Below are positions 1 to 10,763 of a DNA stretch of 63,586 nt, one piece after another. A model generated the notes under the pieces. It worked only from the letters and a program-made list of their open reading frames with translations. It did no database searches and was not told the DNA's origin. Both the position numbers and the translations under genes were made by a program. The stretch's first letter is position 1. Each line of letters starts with the position of its first letter. This stretch comes from Rhina ancylostomus (Eukaryota), in NCBI GenBank assembly GCA_030265395.1, contig JARFYF010000059.1, positions 21,829,398-21,892,983 on the forward strand, read 5' to 3'.

Positions 1-252
1 GGCCCCGGAGACTTATCTGTCTTGATATTATTTAATAGCCTCAACACATCCTCTCTCTTGATATCCACAACCTCGAGGACATTACCCATGCCAGCATTCT
101 CTTCTACTTCTTCTAGACCCCTCTCCTTGGTGAATACCGATGAGAAGTATTCGTTGAGAACTTCTCCCACTTCCGCTGCCTCCAGACACATTCTCCCACC
201 TTTGTCTTTAATGGGACCTACCTTTACCCTAGCCATTCTTCTACCCTTCACG
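1..252 (-). mobile_element. CR1 LINE ORF2 fragment (region just upstream of the RT domain), runs off the left edge
   Basis: Uninterrupted minus-strand reading VKGRRMARVKVGPIKDKGGRMCLEAAEVGEVLNEYFSSVFTKE...DVLRLLNNIKTDKSPG, containing the CR1 motifs LNxYFxSVFT and KSPGP. Confidence 0.9.
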
Positions 253-256
253 ATGC

Positions 257-887
257 CGGTGAAGAAGGCATATGGCATGCTTGCCTTCATAGGTCATGAC
301 ATAGAATATGGAAGTCAGAACATTATGTTGCATCTTTATTAAAAAAAACACTGCTTAGACCGCACTTCTGTGCAGTTCTGATTGCCACACTTCAGGAAGT
401 ATATGGTTGCAGAGGACATTCACCAGGATATGGGTGGTCTGGAGAACCTCAGTTATGGGTACAGATTGAATAGGCTAGGTTTGTTTTCTCTGGAGCGAAG
501 GAGACTGAAGGGTCACCTGATATGGATATAGAAATTATAAGAGGTAGAGGTAGGCTACATAGTCAGAATCCTTTTCACATGGCAGGGTTATCAAAAACAA
601 GAGGGCATAGGTTTCAGGTGAGAGGTAGGAGTTTAAAAGGGATTTGAGAGGAAAGTTTTTTTTGCACAGAGAGTGGTTGATATCTGGAACATGCTCCCAG
701 AGAAGTTGGTGAGTCACATATAATCACAGTGCTTGAGAGACATTTACAGAGGGACTTCATAGGCAAGACATAGAAGTACAGTATATGGACCTCATGCTAG
801 CAAATGGGATGAGTGTAGATGGACAAAAAGGTGTGGATACAGCGGGCTGAAAGGCCTGTTTTTATGCAGTACAACTCTATGATTCTA
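257..887 (+). mobile_element. CR1 (HER1-like) LINE 3' end, degenerate
   Basis: VKKAYGMLAFI...LHLY, then frameshifted KTLLRPH and LGLFSLERRRLKG. Tail gggctgaaaggcctgtt...ctctatgattct. Confidence 0.9.
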
Positions 888-974
888 ATATTGTAGCAGG
901 TCCCTGGAGCATGTTAATATTATAAAGGGTACTGGGAGCATATCAACATTGTAACAGGTACCAGGGAATACACC
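888..974. repeat. Degenerate 29-bp tandem repeat, 3 units
   Basis: Units start at 888, 917 and 946: atattgtagcaggtccctggagcatgtta / atattataaagggtactgggagcatatca / acattgtaacaggtaccagggaatacacc. Confidence 0.65.
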
Positions 975-2689
975 AGTATTTGCAATAGTCTGACACATAC
1001 GCTTTTGCTGTATAAACTTGGCAGAAAACTTGAATATTCTGACCCTATGAGACAGCTTGTATTTTGGATAATCAGTGTATGGCTGTGTCTAATTGCTGAG
1101 ACATGCCAGAACCATGAGTAATATCCAAATAGCTACGTTATTACTAGAAGGGTTGTGCTTCTTGTCCACTTCAACCTTAAAAGAGGCCCAATCTTAAACT
1201 TACCATTTATGCATTGATTTGTGCGTATATACATGTATATGTACAGATAAATTTTTAGACATGATTTGAGCTTGCAAAGTCACTTCTCTTTTTGGTTCTT
1301 GCTATATGTGCAAGAAAGTCCTTGCTGTGTTAAATTTTATGACACCGTGTTATCAGATGGCAGAGGGCTGGAATTTCACAGTGCAGCCTCTCACTATTCT
1401 CTTCTGTTCAGTTTTGCTTCCTGCTAGATGAAAGTCAAGCTTTGCCTTGCAAAAAAAATGCTTTATCTTGTTGGCCTCTGACCTCACATCGTTGCAACTT
1501 GTCTTGGATTTAATTTCCAGCTTCCTATATAGGTGATAGTGCTCTCCTTCCTACTGTGTATATTCTCTTCCTCCTCACCCTGTTCCATTCCAACTGTGAC
1601 AAAGCCCTTTTACTAGCTGGATCCAAAGGAAACTGGGTGGTCAGTGTAATTTGAAATCCCATTTGCCAATTACGACATCCCCCGTCCAACTCCCCAGGCT
1701 GATAATTCAACCTCCTCTTGTCCATGGAGTTCCTCCTTCATCACCTTGCTGATAGAAATCAAATGATGGGAATCATGAGAGGGGTTGCAAAAGGGGGAAA
1801 CAAAAAGTAAGGGCTTTCCAGTTTAAAAAAAGTTATCCACCTGCCTTTATCTATACTACCTGTAACAGATGCTGCACAATGTCTGAATTGAGCACAAAAA
1901 TACCTCCAATTGTATTATGCCTGCAGAAAGTTGTCCAGAACATCCAGACAATTCTAAAGCACCTAACATTCATTTCGCACTTGAGCTTCCTTCTCAGTCT
2001 TTCAGTGTGTCTGCAGGTGCCCATCTAAACTAAAGCGAAGACTAATTTTTGAAAAATAAAAATATAATGTTCAATCTTTTCACTGGTTATAATTGCATCG
2101 ACGTTTCTTTTGGTATATTTCCAAAGTAGAGGAATGTTGGTGCTTTTGTGCTGATATATTGTATCCAATCTATCATACATTTTCATTTGATAAAAGCCAG
2201 TCATGCCTTCCACATGCCAGTTAACCACATACCCTTCCATCTGCACTCCTTGCTCCCACAAAATGTAATATTTGTATTTTTTAAACAATTCCTTTCTAAA
2301 ATATATTTAGACTCAGTTTTGGCAATATTATAACAGAATCCCACATTCAAACTACCCTTTCAGTTATTTTTCTTGTCTCCCCTTTAATTTTTTATTGGAT
2401 TGTTTTAGCTTCATTAACTTATTCCCAAGTCAATGATCAGTTGAAAGAGTGAAACAATCTTTCAACATTTTACTTTTATGATCCTGGAGAGTGGTATTGC
2501 ACCATTTTGGAATGCTCAGCTCCAATAAAAAAAAGTGAACACTCAGGTTTCTCTTCATGTAGCAGTACGTTTCCTGCACTTTCCAAATTTGGAATAATTC
2601 AGTTATTTTCACTAGCATTAAGTAACACTGCTTTTATTTACATTGCCCTTCATTCATTTACTTGTCTTCAACACAGAAAATACATGGAT

Positions 2690-2900
2690 GGTGCTCGGAA
2701 TGAACACTGGCTGTCCAGAAAGGAGAAAGAAATTGGAAAATTGGGCTTCACTGACAACATGGGTTTTAAGGAGATGGAAAAAGTGATGGTAGCCCAGAGA
2801 AAGTTTTCCAGATAGCAGAACTGATGTGACAGAGAGCTCCACCAACAACAGTTGAAGAGTGGAGGAGGTAGTATAGAATCTTAGAATTGGAGGGGTGGGA
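2690..2900 (-). mobile_element. Probable L2-type LINE 3' relic
   Basis: gggttttaaggag...ttttccagatag pattern resembles the reverse complement of L2 3' regions. Highly diverged. Confidence 0.35.
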
Positions 2901-3044
2901 AATTTTATTGGGATTACAGAAGTACAGTGAATTGATTTACATACATCACAATATTGCTTATTGCTTAAAGAACTAATAATCAAATTTGCTTTGTTACTAG
3001 AATTCTTTTAGTAGAAATTACTAAGTTTTTTTACAAAGCAAAAT

Positions 3045-3252
3045 GAATGATTTATATGATGCCTTTCAAAATCTCAGGATGTCCGAAAGCACATTACAGC
3101 CAGTTAAGTATTGTTATTGTTATAAGGTGTGGAAATAGGACAAATATTATGCATGCATCGTGTTTTACAATCTGCAATGTGATTAAAGTGCAGGTAATCT
3201 GTTTTAGCAATGTTGGTTGGGAGATAAATACAGCTAAAGCATCTTGAGAACA
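3045..3252 (-). mobile_element. Deu-domain SINE (SacSINE1-like) 3' part
   Basis: gcctttcaaaatctcaggatgtccgaaagc and aatctgttttagcaatgttggttgggagataaata are reverse-complement matches to the copy at 61850-62365. Confidence 0.7.
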
Positions 3253-3328
3253 AATACAAAAGCAATATACTCCACTCACTTTCACTTCTCCTCTACCTTT
3301 GCAGGTACTTAACACTTGTAACATTTTT

Positions 3329-3424
3329 CAGTTCTGTTGAAAAAACATGGACCATTAATTTTGCTCTCTCCCCAAAAACCACTACCTGACCTCCTGTGTA
3401 TTTCCAAATTATTCTTCTTGTATT
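3329..3424 (+). repeat. Penelope pLTR-derived short repeat with decayed hammerhead core
   Basis: cagtt-ctgttga...gacc-attaatttt...cctgacctcctgtgtatttcc resembles the right arm at 25446-25521 and 48779-48890. Confidence 0.5.
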
Positions 3425-5299
3425 GTCACCTATGAGGGTTTCCCTACTTGCAATACACATTTATGCAATGGAAGCAGAATCAAAGTGATTTTAAAATAAG
3501 ATTTTTAGATTGTCAAACATTTCAGAATCTTACAAATTATGACAAATCTTAAATGACCTGCAGCTTAGCATGCAAAACTGCCTTTATATGCTTCCTTGGC
3601 TTTGCTATTTGCGTTTTTTGCATTTCCTCTTCTACAAAACAAAAGAAGTAGTTCCAACAAGAAATGTCACAAATTTCACAAATTACCCTAATTTTCCTTT
3701 AAAAATAAACAGCTAAGAAATGTCTGCAAACCATGTTTCTTATGTCTCAAGCACAATTTATTGTATGTGAGGAATATCAGACTGATTTTACTAGAATGCA
3801 AAAAATTTTTCTCCTCCTAAAATAACTATTGATGTTGAAATAAGAATAGAAGTGCAATATTACTGAGGAGTGTTTGACATATTCAGATCATTGCTTCAAG
3901 AAAGAACAATTGGCTGTAACCTGTTTTAAAATATCTGGCACAGGGACTTGGTGCCAATTGTTATGGGTTTGATTGCAGATACCAAGAAACACATTTTTTA
4001 TATGATACCTATATGAAACAAGAGCAGTTTAGCTGTTTCATAAATGAACAGAAATGGCAATTTTAGAAAGATAAAAATCTTAGTTTCCATTAAATAGCAC
4101 TGGAAATTCACTGGAAATATATCCCTTTTATTTAGAATTTTCAATTAAATATACATGTGTTGTTATTTTCCAGCAGAGATCAGTAGATAATAACTAGNNN
4201 NNNNNNNNNNNNNNNNNNNNNNNNNNNNNNNNNNNNNNNNNNNNNGAGGCCAGTTGTAGCATAACAATCTCTGTCCCAGATGAGAACAGCTGAGGACTAA
4301 CATTCCTAGAAACTTTAGCTCACGCAGAAAGAAGCATTAAAGGCCTATTCCTCTCTTCCTGAAGTCAGAACTGGCTGTGAATATTGGGAGGATCTGCGTA
4401 GGGAAGGGCTGACACTTTGAATTGGGGGATGAAGGAGCTAATGGCTGACACTATGCTTGGATATGGAGGGATCAGGAAGGACCAGCATCATGTTCGGTGG
4501 TGGGAGGGGAAGGGGGTGGTGGTTAGAACTGGGAGCAGAAGACTCATGAAGTGATTGGGGATGGGAGAGCCACCACTTTATAATGGGAAAGGAGGGTGGG
4601 TGGTGATCAGTAGTGGCAGTGCATAAGAAGGGGCAGGAATCACACAGTTAATTGGATTAAAAAGTGGGTAGGTTAGGGGTTCAGCTATATGCTAGAGGTA
4701 AGGGAGTAGTGTGGAGGCTGGCGCAATGCAGTAGCAGAGTGGGGAATAGGATGTAGGTAAATACTTGGCTTAACATGTAGGCCTCCCAATTCAACACTCT
4801 GCAAGTAAGCTCACCTCGTCCTGGCCATGTCCAATATCAGGCACTCCCAGGACAACATGATCTAAGTTCCCCTTCAATGTTCAGAAAGGGGAGCTGCACA
4901 GGGAATGATGTCATTTCTTGAGCCCCAATGCAGAAATTAGGTCATGATTGGAAGGGTGACTGATGACAGGATGTGTCCAGTTAAATTTTGTGATTGACGA
5001 GACGCAACCTGGAACTGCTCACAAACTCAGTGATGTAGTACTGAAGACAACGGTGCTTTACAATCTAATTTCTAGACAATGAACTCACTATAGATAAAGA
5101 AAAGCATTCCTTCAAAAAAAAAGTAAAATTCAAACATAACACTGCAGAAAATGTATTCAGAAAGGGCTTTAAACCAACGTCATGCTGTTAAATCCAGCTC
5201 TTTATCTTGCAATTGTTTCTGTGAATCCACCTCAAATGGACTTTATGAAAGTAACTTGTCCTGAGCTGTACAGCGTTGCAAGTAGTTGCATTGTTGCTC

Positions 5300-5722
5300 A
5301 TAGGAAGAGGCTGGACAGGCTAGGGCTTTATTCCTTGGAGGCCGACAGATGATTTATAGAGGTGTATAAAATCATGAAGGGCAGAGATAGGGTGAATGCA
5401 CTCAGACTTTTTCCCAGAGTTGGTAAATCAAGAACTAGAGGGCATAGGTTTAAGCTGAGAGGGGAAACCTTTAAGAAGAGCTTGAGGGGCGACTTTTTAC
5501 ACAAAGGGTGGTATCTATGTGGACTCAGCGGTCAGAGGAAGTGGTTGAAGCAGGTACAATAACAACTTTTAAAAGACATTTGGAAAGGTACATGGTTTGG
5601 AAAGGTTTAGAAGGTTATGGGCTGAACACTGGCAAATGGGACTAGCTTGAATGGGGCACCTTGGTCGGCATGGACCAGTTGGGCTGAAGGGCCTGTTTCT
5701 GTGCTGTATAACTCTATGACTC
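5300..5722 (+). mobile_element. CR1 (HER1-like) LINE 3' end
   Basis: ORF 5362-5562 YKIMKGRDRVNALRLFPRVGKSRTRGHRFKLRG is the CR1 ORF2 C-terminus. Tail gggctgaagggcctgtttctgtgctgtataactctatgactc. Confidence 0.92.
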
Positions 5723-7724
5723 GAGGCTTGGATCAGGTACTTCACTAGGAAAATCTGCCTATGATTCAATAGTTCCACCTTGATCTTCAGAATAACAAAT
5801 ACCCTTTGGTTATCTCTTCATGCTCTTCATAGCCCATTCTATTCTGTCAGAATGTAGCTCCAGATGGACAGTTGGAAAGCAAATCAGTCTGGTACGTGTG
5901 TGGGAGGGTTAGTTGTATACCATCACATCATCACAAGCATAATAACACTGCAATAACTTTATGATTTATTTTTTTCAAAGACTTGAATAATACCTGGACA
6001 TTGATTTCCTACATTTTATCCTTTTCATCCCATCCTACTCAATCCATATATCTGTCTACAGGTGAAGACTGCCACAGTGGATCCTCTTTCTATTTACTTG
6101 GGTGCCTAGATGCTGAAAGAAGGATGATCCTTATTAGCTGTTATTTTCTCACAAAGACAGAGGACACATTGTGCACTGGACAGTGAGTGTGGCCTTGCCT
6201 GCTGCTAAGCACCCCCTTCCTGAGACAAAACAGAGTACAGTGCTGTCAACTCTATCTCAAAGTGCTGAAAGAAGTAGTATAGCTCCAGTAATACTAGTGT
6301 GGTGATTACTGTCAAACAGACTGACAAACACTGACAGTCTTTTTGCAGGAGGAATTCAAATGGTGTCAAAATTACAACATGTAATAGAATGGATTTTGGC
6401 ATGTTGCACTCCAAAACAGCCTTGTAACTTTCAGCCTCCCATGCCCACAGAAACAGACTAAAATAAGTTAAAAGGAAAAGAAGGTAAGAAAACTAAGAGG
6501 AACTGTAAGTTTTACGCACATTTGCCAGGACTCTACAGTCTAAATCTTGTTGGTTCTATTTGCTTCTATTTCTTAAATCTGTGTTGAAATGCAAACTGTC
6601 ATATTGTCATCACTAATAATAGACAACTGTGTACAATGGCCTAATGAACTTAAATTCAGCCATTCTTGGGACACTTTTCTTATCATTTATCAACTTCTAT
6701 GCTTCAGACCAGCTGGACATTGATCAGTGAATAATTGTCCTAAGGACTGTGTTGCAGCAACAGAGTACCATAAGAAACAGAGAAGAATTTCTAGTGTGGC
6801 ATTGGAGCTGCAGGGTTAGGACTTTAAACTCTCTGCCACTGCCATGCTATTTCTAGTTCAGATGCTCAGAAGTTCAGAGGTTGTTGTGCATTGTCATAAT
6901 TACCAAGGCTCATTTCTGATTTGAATTCCAATTTGGTTAGTCATTACTGGGCTAATTGGAAAGACTAAAGTCATGCACTTTATAGACAGAGCTAAATTAT
7001 GTTTATACATCTCCTGTTGTGCTGTCAATAGGCATACCTGCCTAATTCAACTTCATAGTCATAATCCATAGGTTGAACACTTGTCTATCTATCTAATGGA
7101 TACATAAAATTAAACATTTTCAAAACTGTGAAAGTTTACCACATCTATCAAAATTCAGGATGACACTTTAATTATTTCCTTTATAAATGCATCACTTGGA
7201 TTGGTCACTTGATCACCAAGTCCTCAAAACACATACTGCTGATAACCTTCCATAGTAATTTCATTATTGCTGTATTATTGGCCATTGAATTGCCAAAGTT
7301 TTTAAGAGAACAGAAATGTCACAATGGCACAACTGGAATGCTCCATTTAGACTGATGCTTGAAAGCAGGCTGTTGTTTCAAGTTACTCTGCATCAAATTC
7401 ATGCTAAAATGCCTCCAGCAGAGAAAATAAAAGAAATAAAAANNNNNNNNNNNNNNNNNNNNNNNNNNNNNNNNNNNNNNNNNNNNNNNNNNNNNNNNNN
7501 NNNNNNNNNNNNNNNNNNNNNNNNNNNNNNNNNNNNNNNNNNATAAAAATTCTACCGTGCTTTTCCTGAAGCTGTAAAGGTACATCAGAGAATATACCCC
7601 TGTATGCGATCTACTTTGTCTGCATTGTATTTTAATCTACACTTCTCCTATGGTCCAAGACAGGCAGCAAGCAGCTGTAACCCCACAAATGACAAATAAA
7701 GGCTAATTCAGAATTTTACTATCT

Positions 7725-9302
7725 CTGGAGTGAATGAGGAATTGAAAGAAATTAGCATTAGTTAAAAAAGTAGTATTAGAGAGATGAATGGGTCTGAGAG
7801 CTGATAAATCCCCAGGACTTGGCTTTCCAAGGTTTTGAAAGGGGTGGCTATGGAAATAATGGATGCAGTGGTTGTCATCTTCCAAAGTTCCACAGATTGT
7901 AGAACGGTTCCCACAGATTGTAAGCAAACAAAGATAACTCCACTGTTTAAGAAAGGAGGAAACAGAAAGAACAGGAAACTACAGATCTATTAGCTAGACA
8001 GCAGAAGTAGGAAAAAGCTAAAATTTATTTTTAAGGAATTGGTTACAGGGCAGTCAGAAAATAACAATAGGATTGTGCACAGTCAGTATGGATTTATGAA
8101 AGGGGAACCATGTTTGACAAGTATGTTAGAGATTTTTGAGATTGTAACTAGCAGAATTAAAAAGAGAAATCAGCAACTGTGATGTACTTGCACTTTCAAA
8201 ATTAGGTGCCACACAAAAGGTTAGATAACAAAATTAAGGCACATGGAATTAGCTGTATACCGGCATGGACTGAGGATTGATTAACTGATGAACATAGACC
8301 AGTAGGAATAATTGCCTCTACCCACATCAAACGAAATTCATTTTTGGTTTGGGGTGCTGCAATGATCAAGTGCTGGGGCCCCAGCTGTTCGCAATCTATA
8401 TTAATGATTTGGGTGAGGGGATCAAGTGTGATGTATCCAGGGCTGCTGATCATACAAAGCTGGGTGTCAGTGTAAATTGTGAGGAGGATACAGAGAGGCT
8501 TCAGGGAATTTAGATAAAGATGTAGATATATGAATAGCTGAGGACACAGCAAATGAAAAATAATGTGGAAAGATGTGAGGTCATCTACTCAGAAAGAAAA
8601 AATAGAGATGCGGAATTATTTTTTAAATGGTGTGGGGCTACAATGTCATGGGACATGAATTACTGAAAGTTAATGTTCACATACAGCAAACCATTAAAAA
8701 GGAACACCACATGTTGGCTTTTAGTACAAGAAAATTTCAGTACAAGAGTTAAGGCATTTTACTGCAATTATAAATACCACTGGTAAGACCACACCTGGAA
8801 TATTATCTTTAACTAAGGTAGGGTATACTTTCAATAGATGGAATGCAATGAAGGCTAACCATACTGATTCCTAGAATGGAGTGTTAGCCCCATAAAGAGA
8901 GATTAACCAGACTGGACAATACTCTCTTGACTTTGTCAGAATGAGAAGTGGTCTTGCTGAAACCTCCAAAATTCTTAGAGGGCTTGGCAGGGTAGATCCC
9001 TGCCAAGATGAAGTTTCCCCTGATGGGGTGTCTTGAACTAAGGGGGGGGGGAGAAATGGGGTGGTGATAATATGAAAATAAGGCTTCTGCTGTTCAGGAC
9101 TGAAATAAGAATTCTTATCTCAGAGCTGTGGAGGTTCAGTCACTGAATATTTTTAAGATGACAATAGATGTTTGGATGTTAAGGGTATCATGAAATATAA
9201 AGTCAGTGCAGGAAAGCGGCACTGAAATAAAAGATCAAAAGAGTGGCAAAGCAGCCATGAAGGGGCCAAATGGCCTACTCTTGTTTTTGTTTCTTATGAT
9301 TC
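7725..9302 (+). mobile_element. CR1 LINE, 5'-truncated, RT region to 3' tail, with frameshifts and stops
   Basis: Motifs in order: ADKSPG, TPLFKKGG, NYRSISxT, QYGFMKG, GPQLFAIYINDL, ADHTKLG, LVRPHLEY. Tail gggccaaatggcct...ttcttatgattct. Confidence 0.92.
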
Positions 9303-9889
9303 TTTTTTCCCAATTTCAGAGGAACTGGAGATATATTACAAACTATAACTGGAATCAGCAATTCTGTTTCTTTTATTCATCTTTCAAATGCAGCCCATAA
9401 GGGGAAGAAAAGATCCCCCTCTGGGGATAAAATCCTGTATGAAGTGGGCTTTGTTAGTCTTTTGAAAATATGCTTCTAACTTGCCTGTGGGCAGACACTG
9501 ATTTAAACCTAAATGCGCCAATATATGTGCAGAGTGATATCTGAGGTTCTGGCAAATATAAAATGTGTTGTAACAACTCTGGTGGCTTGGCTGTCTCACT
9601 GGCTCCCTGAGTATACAATCTAATAGGAAACAAGTGCTTGGGTGGAGGTGAATGGCTGCTTTATTTTCTCAGGGGTGGATGGATCCTGGAGCCTGCATAG
9701 AGCGATTGATTGTTTTTAACTTCTGTTTTTATAAGGAGCATTAGATTTATGGGCTCTTCAAGGAAAGGCAATGATGTAACATGAGTACATCAACAGACTA
9801 TTTCTTTCTTTGGCATCCTTCCCTCCGTCACTTGAGTTCTGCATGGCACGTGGATCATGGTGCTTTATACAGACATACTCTAGCACACA

Positions 9890-10140
9890 ACAGCCTGGAT
9901 AGCATATGCACATATACTCAAATGCAGTCTCATACACACAGGAACATATGCACAGGCATAGATGCATGCATTTTTACACACACACACACGGACACAGACA
10001 CACACACAGACAAACACACATACAAACACCCACACATGTATGCATAGTCGTAAACACACATGCAAAATGTGTGTGTGTGCATGGACATATATGCACACAA
10101 ACATATTTGTTATTCATATGATATAACATATGCTGTCACA
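9890..10140. repeat. Degenerate (CA/TG)n microsatellite region
   Basis: Interrupted acacac and tgtgtg runs. These explain the HT/VC-rich ORFs here. Confidence 0.9.
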
Positions 10141-10732
10141 ACTGCATGTTTTAACTAAGGGTATTAAAATTGCCACAGGAAGTACAAATACATTTATGTG
10201 TCATTAGTAAGACTATGCACTTTGACTTTAGCACAGTTAACTATATAAGTCTAGCTTCTGTGAACATCAGTCACACCAAAAATCATGACCTACAAATAGC
10301 AAACATATTCCAGTCTCCAAAGTTCCTTCACCAAGCAGCAAATGAACTCTCACTCAAGGCTAACTTTAATTTTAAAAATTGGATTTTGTTGCCTTAAAGA
10401 AACATAGAATTACCTCAGTGACATTGTACGCTCATAGACATGACACTATTCACTGTGATAAACATCACGGGGGAGCATTAATGTCCAATAAAGAAAATGT
10501 AATTTAATAATTATTTTCAATATTATTACTTTTGTCCATACTTTGCACGAAAGTGTTGAGTCTTTTCTGTGGTGCAGTTAATTGGATGATGTTCATCCTC
10601 CAGGACTTGACCAAGTCGGCATTTTTATGTTTGAAACAAGATACTTAATAGCAATAGGCTACTCAAGCATGGAAAGTTATCAAAGTTGAATGTATCCCTC
10701 TCCTTATCTAACGTGTGCCTTTTATTCTGTAG

Positions 10733-10763
10733 GAATCACTAAATTAGTTTGTGGGATCACAAG
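10733..10763 (+). other. Candidate 31-nt micro-exon
   Basis: Branch-like ctaac at 10708-10712, pyrimidine tract, ag at 10731-10732, and donor AAG|gtgagt. Confidence 0.25.

Noticed and set aside
888-974. 29-bp periodic repeat as a CRISPR-like array
   Set aside because: Units are contiguous with no spacers, there are no cas genes and the context is vertebrate. It is a degenerate minisatellite.
4250-5010. G-rich block possibly from a non-autonomous DNA transposon
   Set aside because: No terminal inverted repeats or target-site duplication could be identified by eye.
9758-10121. His/Thr- and Cys/Val-rich ORFs
   Set aside because: These are translations of a CA/TG microsatellite.
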